A stretch of 63,862 bases of DNA, counting the filler, from Olpidium bornovanus S191 (lineage: Eukaryota; Fungi; Olpidiomycota), in the NCBI GenBank assembly GCA_017911155.1. It is 30 parts of 30 records of this genome, joined end to end, with 100 filler letters (N's around TTAATTAATTAA, not from the genome) between each part and the next. Parts side by side here need not be neighbours in the genome. Positions count along the whole stretch, not along the records: positions 46,840 to 48,940 come from JAEFCI010001484.1; positions 49,041 to 51,054 come from JAEFCI010013164.1; positions 51,155 to 53,634 come from JAEFCI010006840.1; positions 53,735 to 55,832 come from JAEFCI010003293.1; positions 55,933 to 57,177 come from JAEFCI010008384.1; positions 57,278 to 59,410 come from JAEFCI010002038.1; positions 59,511 to 62,361 come from JAEFCI010007284.1; 23 more parts are not named here. One strand, written 5' to 3'. Position numbers and translations under genes: made by a program. The notes beneath the pieces are model-generated. The model saw only the letters and a program-made list of their open reading frames with translations, did not search any database and was not told the DNA's origin. Numbering within the stretch: the first letter of the stretch is position 1; the number at the start of each line of letters is the position of its first letter. Positions 48,471 to 60,160 of the stretch are shown here, in pieces.

Positions 48471-48808
48471 TAAAGCGAGAAATCCAAGATTTTTCGACCT
48501 TATCTCCAGCCAGGCATACCGGGCTGGCGATCCCCGGGCAAACATCCCTCCCGACATACCCTCCATTGCTGATCCCATACCTGGCGCCGTTAATAAACGC
48601 CATGGAAAACTTTAAATTGACGGGTTTGAGGTTTGTTTAAAGTTTAGTTTAGAAGTTTGAGGCATAAAGCGAGAAATCCAAGATGCCTCAAACCTTATCA
48701 CCAGGAACCCCCTCGGGGGATTCCCGGGCGGAACCATCCCTCCCGACGTATCCTCCATTGCTGATCCTATACCTGGTGACTTTGAGAAAGGTCGCGGAAA
48801 ACTTTAAA
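48471..48808 (+). repeat. Imperfect ~145-bp direct duplication (period 194 bp) upstream of the gag
   Basis: TAAAGCGAGAAATCCAAGAT...CATCCCTCCCGAC.TA.CCTCCATTGCTGATCC.ATACCTGG...GGAAAACTTTAAA at 48471-48616 and 48665-48808. Confidence 0.88.
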
Positions 48809-50553
48809 CGAAACGCGCATTTTAGACTGAAGGGGAACCTTGGATTGCAAAAGTGCGATTGAAAGTGAACCATATCTTAGATCGCAACGTTAACCGGAAG
48901 TCCCGTGCGTCTATAAGCGCGGACGTTTCGTTCTTGCATGNNNNNNNNNNNNNNNNNNNNNNNNNNNNNNNNNNNNNNNNNNNNTTAATTAATTAANNNN
49001 NNNNNNNNNNNNNNNNNNNNNNNNNNNNNNNNNNNNNNNNCGACCATTCATTTGACAGGCGCAATTGCTCCTGAATTTGCTGATACTGCCAGCTCACGCC
49101 GTGGTATTACGTAAATCATTGCACGTGCGGGAGATTGAGGAGGAATGCGATAGGTCTCATGTGCGAGCGGGGCGGTTAGTCCGAACCACTCAACGTTGAG
49201 CGCCTGCACAAGATCGCCCCACGCCTTGGCAGTTTATGAAGGGATATCACGTGATTCTACGCGCTACGAATAATGGACGCGAATTACGAATGAAGGAAAT
49301 GGCCGGCTATGGCAGCAAACATGCGGTAAACGACGTAGGACTTCAACTGCGAAAGAGAAATGCGATGGTACGACGAGAATACACGTATACGCAAGTGCAC
49401 CCGCTCGTCTCACGTCACACGGCATGCAACCAGGCCCAGGCTGACCGCATGCGTCTCATGCTTGTTACGACGTGTTCGTCAGCATATCAGTCGTCATCTC
49501 TTCAAATGTCTATTGCTTCGATGCTGATATCGCAAGCGCTCTGTGCGTTGGCCGAGAAATTGCCAGCGAACGTTGATCGCTTTTAGTGCGAGTATGGTTA
49601 GCAGGGGAGTAGCAAAGCACTCTGGTGATCTTCTTTCATTGTAATGGAGCGGACGGCGACCTCACGCTCTCCCATGAGCTGGCAAACCGGACCGCTTCCT
49701 TCATGTATTCTACGTAGATGATGCATCCAGACGTCTCTATCCCAGACGCAGTGATCTCCTGTATTTTACTCTTCCAAGAGACGATTTCCCGGGCAAGGAC
49801 GAAGAATACATGTCTGCTGTTCGGCTAACAGGCCTCGCGCCGTTCGCCATAATCCGTTGCAATGCACGTGCCGCCAGTCTCGTATCTTCGCAATGCGGCA
49901 GAAAACGCAGCCGACGGCTGTCCGTCCCATGCAGCAAGTGCAGAATAGCGCATCACGGCGCGTCTAGTCGGCCTCGCGGCCGGCAGATCGATATCTTTCA
50001 ATGGTGTACCGCAAAGGGTTGAGTTCGGGCTGCACGCACACTCTGACGGCAGCGGTCCCGCAAACACTTTCTGAATGTCGGGATATAATTTGCGCGGACT
50101 CGTACCTGTTCCGTCCGCCGTTTGGTCACGGCCTTCCACTTCGCGAGGCCGTGGTGCGCGACGCCGATGTCGAAAATGTGCATGCCCTCCACTTGGTGGT
50201 TTGTGTCCCGGGTGGGGAAGGAGGAGCGCTGCCGGCAGAATGCGTGCATTATTACAAAGCAGCACAGTACAGTAACAAAACCTGGAGCACGCTCGTCCCC
50301 CCCATATTTTTTTTTTTTTTTTTTTTTTTGCACGTGGGACTGACCGCCGGCAGCCCGGCATCGCCGCACGGCGTTTGTCACTGGCCAGACGCCGCCGCGC
50401 CTGCCGAGACCGGACGCGAGCGGCAGGGCTGCCCGGCGCGCCGCAGGCGGTGGTATCGCCCCGCCGCCTGCTGCGCGCCGTCGGGCCTCGGCCGCCGCCT
50501 CCACACCGCGCCGGACCGGGCCGGCCGGCCAATATCGCGGCCGCTGCAGAATT

Positions 50554-51054
50554 ATGCCTCCGACGGATCACGGGAACGGCAGCGCCGACGGGCGCCTTCA
50601 GAAAGCCCAGATCGGCATCGGCGAGCTCGCCAGTCGCCTCGCCTCGGACGTGCCGGAGATTCGGCGACGCGCTCTGCGCGCCTTGCTGCTGAAACCCTCG
50701 TCGGGGCTTTCGCGACAAGTGAGTGGCGTCCTCTTTTTGCCGGGTTAGGGGGACCCCCAAAAATCTAAAAACTGTTTATGCAGCTGACTTGGTCCACGAG
50801 ACTTCGTGCATAAGAGCTCTAATGGACTGGTTCAACAAGGAAGGGTTTGCCGAATCCGAGGGCGTCGTTGACAACTCCGTCGCATTGCTGGAATTGCTGG
50901 CCGACTTGGCAAAGGTGCGTCGCTCAATCAAATATAGTGTACGTGGCGTTTTCCGCTTTGGAAGCTCTTGGCTGAATCTTGCCGCGAGCCAGCACCCGTA
51001 TGCACAAAGTACAATCGTTGAACTCGGAGGAGTTGGCTTTATGAGGGACTTGCG
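50554..51054 (+). CDS. RTTN: Rotatin (centriole/basal body protein), N-terminal exons
   Basis: LASDVPEIRRRALRALLLK, ADLVHETSCIRALMDWFN and LAK|HPYAQSTIVELGGVGFMRDL are colinear with human RTTN LGHQLAEIRERALKSILCK, ADLIQE...LLEWFN and [20 protein letters not shown]. Confidence 0.85.
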
Positions 51055-53734
51055 NNNNNNNNNNNNNNNNNNNNNNNNNNNNNNNNNNNNNNNNNNNNTT
51101 AATTAATTAANNNNNNNNNNNNNNNNNNNNNNNNNNNNNNNNNNNNNNNNNNNNAATTGACTCGTCTCTTGTTTCTCTTTCTTACCTCCATCCTATCGAG
51201 GTCAATTCACTCTCGTCAAAGGTCAAAATGCTTATCTGGAAGAATCGGGAATAAGACAAAATCCGATTTTACATGTATAGAAAAAAACCGATTTTGTCTC
51301 ACTTCCCAACTTTTTCACGCGGCGGAACATGAGGAAATGCACAAGGTTTTACACAAAATTGACACAAATTCGCCTCCATTAATCCCCTCCATCTTTTCTT
51401 TACTCAATTTTCTATACAAAATACGATATTAATAAGTTGATGCTATAATAGAGGGCACGCTTAGAGAAGTCAATAAAAAATATTCGTAATTTGTATTTGT
51501 ATAAATGTCGAAACATGCAAAGTAACGTTGAAGAAGAACCAATTAGCTTGTCGAAGTAGGTGAACACGCAAAAATGTATGCATTACAGGAACAGTAAAGC
51601 GTTTCAATTCTTGATACCTCTTTAGATGCAAAATTATAATATGGTTAGAGATATTGAGAGCCAAACTGATATCTTTAATGCGCTACAAAAACCCAAAATG
51701 TTTCTCTTGGGGTGCGTTGTTTTTTTCCAGGTACATCTTTGATTTTTATAATTTCCGTAGCAACTAAAATATTCATCTGTCGCGTCTAAATGAGCGATAA
51801 AATATTTGATGCAAATATTGTAAAAATGTCCGAAACACATCAAGTGTCTGTTGGCATTAAAAATGTACCGTGTGTTCTCACTCGTCAACTCATACTAGTA
51901 TTACACGAAGTGGGAATTTGTATTGGAAAAGTTCGAACTTATAACTGAGGCGTTTTTGATTGCTCTCACTATGAATTACAAAGAATGAAACCTGAAATTT
52001 AAAAAGGGTTTTCGATCACGATAAAGAATTAACTAGTTTAAGGTCTCTATAATTATTTACCTGCTACTTTTATTACTGAATACTCTCTACCATCTTTTGT
52101 CCAATTCGTATAAATGCGCGTCTAACAAGCTTGTCCTTGTAGACATAGCCATCCATCAATTGACCATTTTCAAAACGTCTTCTAATATGAACAATGTGGG
52201 AAGCATACAATCATATCTTGTCCAAAATCCCACCCCTGTTCCCTCTTTAAAAGCCCTTCGTTTACCCTTAACCCCCCCGAACAGGAATCTTTGAAGGTTT
52301 GAGTTTCCCTTCATATTCACAAGCGGTGGCGAAATTGTTTTGATTGTTGTAATCTAGATGTTTGCAGATTTCGAGAAAATGTCTTCGTGGAAACTCATTT
52401 TTGGTTTTGATTGTGGGGAAAAATTGGAGGCAGAGTGACGCTTTATATGCCCAAGACCTGTGTCATTATCGATAATAACTGGTTACAATTTTGTCCACCC
52501 CGGTTACAATTTGTAACCGCAGCGGTTTGCTTTCCTCGGGTCTGACCGTGTTGGGCGTGCTAGTCGACTCCTCCGTGGCACCGCTGATCCCGGTAATTTG
52601 CGGCCGTGACTGGTCAGTAACCTTGATGGCGTTTGGCGGTTGGTAGGTGTGAGCACGATATGCGCATTATTAAGAAAGAAAAAAAAGTACTATTACTGCC
52701 TTCTTGATGATGCGCTTCTACAAGTGGAAACGGAAGCATAGCAATGGGAAAAAGTTGGGCGGCGGATACGGTAAAATGGATGTCCTTAGGATGCAAGGCA
52801 GGGAGGGAGCCCCCTTCTGTCCTCCCGGCGGGCGCGCCTCGGGAACCTGCGGCGGACTCGCCTTCCTCTCCTCTCCTCTCCTCTCCTCTCCTCGCCTTCC
52901 TCTCCTCCTGCTCGTTCGCGTTTGCGCGCGCAGAAAGGGGGGGCTTCTTCCGCAGCCTCGCAGAACAACGGACGCCGAAAAAGGAAAACGCGCACGCCGC
53001 CCGCGCATGCAGAGACCCAACAACCGTTGAGGACGTGTCCTGCGCACTACTCCCCATCCGCAGCAGTGCTTCCTGTTCTCTCAAGCACCGAGCATGGGAT
53101 GACAGAAGGAAAAGTACGGAAGATCCTAAGCGAAATTGCCAGAAACGATCAGGCAGAGCTCTCGGGGGCAGCAGGCGCAGAGTCTCGGTGAGCGAGCACG
53201 GAGAAAGCGCCGGAAAAACGTGCTCCGCGGCCTTCCGCGTAAGCTTTTATCCGTAATTCTCCCGGAAACACGATCCCGGCTGCCCCGCCCCCGCCTGCGC
53301 GGTCAGCACTGAAAGCGCCGCCTTTGCCGATGCCGCCGCCGCCAACTGCACGTCCGACGCAGCCGACGCGGCCGACGCCGCCGCCCCCTGCGGCACGGCC
53401 AACGCGCCCGACGCGCCCGCCGCCGCCGCCGCCGCGGCACGGCCGCGTCCACCGATCGGGATAAGAAGCGCCACCGAGCAAACGGATTGTTGGTCTTACA
53501 CAGCCTTCCGCTCATAAGCTTACTACGATTACTGAAGTTAACGTGTCAGAAGCGCCGGGAGCCCGAACCTGCGTTCAATGAAATACGTAGGTTCTTTATT
53601 TATTGCAAAGTAAGGATGATGCATGCTGTTCATGNNNNNNNNNNNNNNNNNNNNNNNNNNNNNNNNNNNNNNNNNNNNTTAATTAATTAANNNNNNNNNN
53701 NNNNNNNNNNNNNNNNNNNNNNNNNNNNNNNNNN

Positions 53735-53777
<43 letters not shown>

Positions 53778-53783
53778 CCCCCC

Positions 53784-53830
<47 letters not shown>

Positions 53831-55233
53831 GCGCGAAACGAGCGCCCCGCCCCCGGGGACCGAAAAAAAAAAAAAACTGCGGACGGGGGGCGCGCCCCGT
53901 CGACCCCACGCGGCGCGTCGTACGTGGACCCCGTCCAGGTTTTTTTTACTGGCCCACCGCCTCTTTCGGTCAAAATTACAACCGAGTTGCGTAGAGGGGC
54001 CCGAACGGTTGCCGGGGTGGGGCGGGGCGTGAGGGGCAGGGCGGACTGTCGCAACCAACCGTAACCAGGGCCCCGGGAAAAAGGGAGGCGCGAACGCGAC
54101 CGCCCCGATGCGAGGCGGGGAAGCAGAGTTGGAGGCGGTCTTCTCCGCAGAGCCCGCGAGAAAGCCCGATCTTCCGTCATGTACTTTCAGTTCGTTTTGG
54201 CTGAGGGCTTCCTAGCGGAAGCCGTCAGGGGGTGTTTACGGGGAGCAAGTAGTTCCTGCCCCCCGCAAGATGCCCTTCCTTCATCTTTCCCCCCCCCTCC
54301 CTTTTTTTCCAAATGCCCCCCCTTTCCCGCAACTCTCGCCTCGCGAGAATACGAGTTTCTTTTTTGGACCGCCCACGGAGCGCAGGACGCTGACCCCTCC
54401 CGGCTGCGAAATCCCGCCATCGCCAGCAGCGATTCCGTAACATCCTTGAAACCTTTCCTTTTATTTTATTTTTTTGCCTTCCTTCCCGCCATCCCCCTCC
54501 CCCCTCCTAACTCCTTCTTCCCTGATTGCGGGGGATTCTCCCACCCGGCCATTTGCTTTCCCCTCTCCCCCTTCTCCTCCTCCACCGCTCTCGGAAATCT
54601 GGTCTAGGTCTTCTGGGATTTTTTTTTTCTGTCAACCGTTTTCTCATTTTCCCTCGGCGGAAGAGCGTGGGTGTCTCAACAACTCACTCCAGACGGTTCA
54701 TCCCGTATTTCTTTTTTTTTCTTTCGGCCTGGGTATTGGGCGCCGCGATTTCCCTGTATCGTCGTCTTTAACCGCCCACTTTGCTTCTTTTCCCTCTCCT
54801 CTTTACACGCGAGTCCACCATTTTCCTCTTCAAAAAGTAAAAAGCCTGAGCAAACTGCCAGGCCACGCCATGTCTGGTTGGCTACCTCGAGGCGTGCGAA
54901 ATAATAACAACAATAACTATGAAACAAAACGTTGTGGGTGTGCGAGAATCAAGGTCGGCGGCGGACTCGGCATCGCTTTTTTGGCGCATGCTCCAGTTTT
55001 CGCGACAGTCGGTGTCGGAGAGCCGCTTTCGGCGAGTGTGGCGTGTGTATTGCGAACACGCGAGCATCGAAATAATAAGGTAAGCAATCTAGTCTACGTG
55101 AATTAATACCCACCGGGAGTAGCACTGTAGTGCTGGGAGGGAGGAGAGGAGGTGGGAAGTCGGGGGGGGGTCGTGGGGTTGGTGGTACCTGTATCCCAAA
55201 CCTGGTGGTCTCACCCAGTTCTCCGCCAAAGCG

Positions 55234-55670
55234 TCACGCGCCGCCTCCGCACGTCGCCTTATCAATCTCGGCCCCGTCCTCGAGCGGGAAAGCGAGCTGC
55301 CGCAGGGCGTCCCCGAAGCTTTCGATCCTCTCCTTCTGCGCCGCCTCCTTCAGCAGAACCATTCCCGCGTAGCCGACGCTGTTGAGCGAGACGTGCTCGG
55401 TCGCTTTGCAAGACCGCGGGACGAGGAGCATGAACCGCCGGGTGAAGACGAGGTTGTACGAGACGAAGGTGGGGAAGGCCGAGGGGTCGCCCGAGGAGCG
55501 CAGCAGTTTCGCGCGGTACGAGTGCAGCGCGTCGAACATGTGGCCCAACAGCGCGCCGTACGCGTCCGAAAGGTACGCACCCGCGTCCGCCGCGCAGGAC
55601 AAACGGGATTCGTCGAGGAGGACGAAACCGTGGATGAACCGGTACTCGGGGATGCGAAATATCGTTCCTG
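55234..55670 (-). CDS. Ap4A phosphorylase / ATP adenylyltransferase (Apa1/Apa2 family), C-terminal exon
   Basis: SYNLVFTRRFMLLVPRS...VSLNSVGYAGMVLLK is the C-terminal signature of this family. Confidence 0.85.
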
Positions 55671-55932
55671 CCCACCGGCGGGTGGAGGGGAGGGAGGCGG
55701 GGGGGGGGGGGGGGGGGGGGGTTCGGCGGGGGGGGGGGGGGGGGGGCCGGGGGGGGGGGGCTGCGGGCCCGCCGCAGAGCTAGCCTTCCAGGGCGGCGGC
55801 GGCGGCGTGGAGAGCGACGGAAGACAGAGAGANNNNNNNNNNNNNNNNNNNNNNNNNNNNNNNNNNNNNNNNNNNNTTAATTAATTAANNNNNNNNNNNN
55901 NNNNNNNNNNNNNNNNNNNNNNNNNNNNNNNN

Positions 55933-56954
55933 CATGGCTTCGGTGCGCGGGAACGACAAAGAAACGCACTCGGTGTGGCCGTCCACGACAGGCACGCGGT
56001 TGCAGGTAGCCGAGATCTTCATCCCGGCCAGCGGCGCCAACGCGGCGCCGGAGGGGTCCAGAGACCCGAGGATCTTGAGCGGCTCCGTTTCCACTTTCCC
56101 TTCCTCTCCGGAAATGTACGGCACCACGTTGTCGAGGATGTCGAGCGACGCCACGCCCGGGTAGCCGGCCCCAGAAATCGCCTGCAGCGTCGTCACCATC
56201 ACGCGGTCCGGCGCCGCACCGAACGCCTCCTTGAGCGCTTGCAGCACCACGGCGAGCCCGGCGGTGGAGCAATTCGAGTTCGTCACCAGAAAACCGCGCT
56301 CGACGCCGTGGACACTGCGCTGGTGCGGGATCAGGTCCAGGTGGGACGGGTTTGCCAATGGAACCACCAGCGGGACCGCCGCATTATTGCGATAATTCAT
56401 TGCGTTCGAGAACACCGGGACGTTGGCTTTGATGAAGGCCATCTCTGCGCGAGCGCAGAAGCAATTTTAAGTTCGCCGAAACGCGCGCCGAAGGACCGGT
56501 AAGAATAGCCTCGCCCTTGCCTCCTGCCGGTGTCCGGCGGGAAAGGGCTGCACACGCGCCGGAGTGCCACGCCATCGTCTACCGCGGCGACGGCAGCTCG
56601 CAACGCGTGTTCAAAAATTGAACGCTCACCTATCTCGCCCGCCACGTCGGAGTCCAGCGCCGAAAACACCAAGTCGCAGTCGACAAAACTTTCTGGGTCG
56701 CAGCCCTTGACGACCATGGCGGCGGCGTGAGCCGGCGGCGGCGACGGCAGCTTCCACCGAACGGCATCGGAATACACTTTCCCCGCCGACTTGGCGGAGG
56801 CGCCCAGCGCGTGCAGGCGAAGGTCCGGGTGGCCGTCGAGCAGCAGCACAAACCTCTGCCCGACAGTCCCGGTGGCACCGAGCACTCCGACGTTCAGCTG
56901 CGGTCGCTCCCCAGAGCAGCTCCGCCCTCGCTGCGTCGGACAGTCGCGCGCCAT
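55933..56954 (-). CDS. HOM2: Aspartate-semialdehyde dehydrogenase, 3' partial
   Basis: VGVLGATGTVGQRF, DLVFSALDSDVAG, VPLVVP..N, TNSNCST, TTLQAISGAGYPGV and SATCNRVPVVDGHTECVS; one intron at about 56445-56630. Confidence 0.97.
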
Positions 56955-57655
56955 GGTATGTCAGGCTTGGTTCTGGTTTTTTTTTTTTTTTTTTTTTTTT
57001 CCTGTGGAAAGTCGGTCCGCGCCGGTTTAGGCCCTTTGACTCCGCCAAAAACGCGCCATGTGATGCCAACCAATTTCAAAACTCGGGGCCTCTCGGCGCA
57101 CACACTCGCATCCACCTGCAACAAACCCCGCCGACCTCGGCTCTGCCTTGTCCGTTAAGCGCCGTTTACAGCTGCCANNNNNNNNNNNNNNNNNNNNNNN
57201 NNNNNNNNNNNNNNNNNNNNNTTAATTAATTAANNNNNNNNNNNNNNNNNNNNNNNNNNNNNNNNNNNNNNNNNNNNCATGTCTGCGCACAGCTTCCGGA
57301 GCCGAAATTCGGATGTCTGGGCACCCCAGACCTAGTTACCCTGATCCAACTCTCGTGCCTAGCCCAGCGCCTTTTGTCATTTGGTTGTCCATACTTGCTA
57401 CCTACCACCTTTGCACGTTTCCCCGTTGTAACAAATATATCGCACATCACTCTTGCACCATACCCTGCATTCCTTGTCATCCGTCTTCTGCACTAGCAGG
57501 CTGCGAGTGCGGCGAGAGTCTCAAGTAGCAAGCATCAAATACCCAAATTTCATAACGACGGTAATTGCCCATGGCGAGCAATCGGTGTATAAATGAAATA
57601 AATTTGCAAACTAGGCAGTATCCCAAGATATTTGGCATCCCCATTATACCCCTGC

Positions 57656-57746
57656 AGCTGGCTTAGCGGTAGGGTGTATCAAACGTGCTTTCACGATATG
57701 AAGCTGGCTTAGCGGTAGGGTGTATCAAACGTGCTTTCACGATATG
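57656..57746 (+). repeat. Exact 45-bp tandem duplication (period 46)
   Basis: AGCTGGCTTAGCGGTAGGGTGTATCAAACGTGCTTTCACGATATG at 57656-57700 and 57702-57746. Confidence 0.92.
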
Positions 57747-58095
57747 TTATCCGACTACTGCAAAATCGTGAACAACGCTTGGCGGGGGAAAACCCCGCAG
57801 GTGTTCGGCAGTACGGGAGACAAGCGGAGCACCTCTCATTTTGACCGGGCGCATGGCAGTGCTAGGCAGCGAGACAAAACAAACCGCTACGGACCGGTCA
57901 AAATGGGCGGAGACGCCGGAACGATAAACGGATGACGGAGAGCACATGAAATTGACAGGCGTGTAATGCGCGGAAACTGACATGCTAGAATAGAAAATTA
58001 GAAAAAAAAAAAGGAGAATAAAGAGGTAGGAGAGAGGGGGACCGGGACGGGAAGGGAGAGAATACTATGGAAGCAAATACAGATCTTCATCTCGC

Positions 58096-59221
58096 CTAAA
58101 CCGGCACCGTGACGAAGCTCAGGTACAGGTTGAGGACGACCGCCGGGACGACAAAACCGACCTGCGAAATAGTAGCGAGGCATGCCCGAAAACGCGGGTT
58201 ATACGGTGCTGAGGAAGATCAAGCACCAGAGTACGAGTTTCGGGGCGGAAGCGTGGAAGAGGGGAAGGATTTGGGGAAGATGACGTGGGGAACGAAGCGG
58301 AAACGTACCAGGATGTACGGTCCGATCCTGTCGTCGTACGGTCCGGGGTGCTTGTTCCGAATCATGCGGGCTCGCCGTCCGTATACAATCAGGCTACGTA
58401 ACCGTATTTATGCAAAAAGGAAGCAAAGCTTTCAGAGTCAAACCACGCCCATGCGGACCGTCGCATAACCGCAAGCGTTTGCTTCAAAACCACCCACGGT
58501 CCTGTGCAGCTTAAATAGCCACGCAAATGGAAAAAAAAGGGGGGGGGGAAGAAGCGGAGCCTGCAAAGACTGCTCACCTGTACAGCATAAAGACAATCCC
58601 GATGCACGTGAAAACAGTTCCGCCGATCTTTGCAAAGGTGTCACCAAAAGCTGAATATAATCAATAAGAAAACGAAGACGGGGCGATGAGGAAAGGATGA
58701 GGACAAATTGGCGGTAGTAAACCTTCGCCGCTGACGGTCCGCGCAAGCAGCTGCTCAAGATCGGCCCCCGGCAGCGTTCATCCCAGGAAGGTCGCCCTGG
58801 TCGCCTGAAGTTTCGCGGGGCGTTGTTCGCCTTTCTCGACGCCGCCCCCAAATTTTTTCGCAGGGGTCTGCCGAGTGCGGGGGAAAAGGGGAAGGAGGGG
58901 GAAGGCGGGTCTCACAAGGTCGGGCCTGACGGCCATGGCCCGTCGCTCCAACTTTTTGTGTCCCCGGCCGGCGAGCAAACGAACAGGCAGGAAGACGACG
59001 CCACGACGGGCTTGACGCGGGCCGTCATCCCCGAGGGTGGATGTGTGTGGGTTTGGGGCCGCCAAAAAAGACGCACCGAGGATGGTCGTGCTGAGCAGGG
59101 CGAGCAGGATGGCCGTGTGCATCCACGAGAGGAACGTCCGCTCGTTCGCGAGGAAGACCTTCGGCTCGACGCGCACGGCGACGGCCACGGGCTTAGTCTT
59201 GGTCTTGGTCCGGAAGAGCAT
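58096..59221 (-). CDS. VTC1: Vacuolar transporter chaperone 1 (polyphosphate VTC complex), 4 visible coding exons
   Basis: VRVEPKVFLANERTFLSWM / AFGDTFAKIGGTVFTCIGIVFMLYS / LIVYGRRARMIRNKHPGPYDDRIGPYIL / VGFVVPAVVLNLYLSF...*; exons 2-4 were spliced by hand with GT-AG boundaries. Confidence 0.9.
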
Positions 59222-59519
59222 GGCTGCTTCGCTGAAGCATGCAATATTAAAACTGGGGACGGGAAGGGAGGTGGCCGGGCGGGGAAGGGGCTTGTGGGGT
59301 GGCGAGCGGGGGGCTGGCTGGCTGGCTGTGAGTGTGCGGGGGGCTGGGGCGCGGCGGGGCGGGGCGGGGCGGGGGGGGGGGCTCCCGGGGCGGGGGGGGG
59401 GGGGCGGCCGNNNNNNNNNNNNNNNNNNNNNNNNNNNNNNNNNNNNNNNNNNNNTTAATTAATTAANNNNNNNNNNNNNNNNNNNNNNNNNNNNNNNNNN
59501 NNNNNNNNNNAAAAACACA

Positions 59520-59624
<105 letters not shown>

Positions 59625-60160
59625 AAAAGGGAAATAAAAAAAAATTCCGCATTATTATTTGCACGCCATATTATTATCCGCCCCTTCGCCCCCCTTCGCC
59701 CGGACCCACCCCGACTTTCCTTCTCTTAAAGGGAGCGAGAGACGCGTCCCCCTTCTCCCTCCCGGCTCCCCTTCTTCTCTCGGACCTTCGCGCGCGCGCG
59801 GCGAGAGAGAGAGCAACATAAGAACATGCGCCGCCTCCTCGCCTCGCCCGCGGCCCTGCTCCCCGCCGCCGGTCGTGTCCGCGCCCGCGCCGTCGTCCTC
59901 CCCCGTCGGATGCTGCACATGCTCGGCCGCGCCGTCCCCGCTCCCGCCGCTCCCCACGCCCGCGCCGCGCGGCTGACGCGCCCATCGGGCATGCACGACG
60001 CCGTGTTCGTACCGTCGAGTGGGCCCTTCTTTCCGTCGTTCCCTCCCCCCCCCCCCCCCCCCCCCCCCGTCTCGTCCGTTTTCCTGTCCCGCGCTTACCT
60101 TTTCGTCTCTTCGCGCGCGTGGCGTTTGTTTGATCAAGTCTATCCCGCCGGCCGCGCTTC

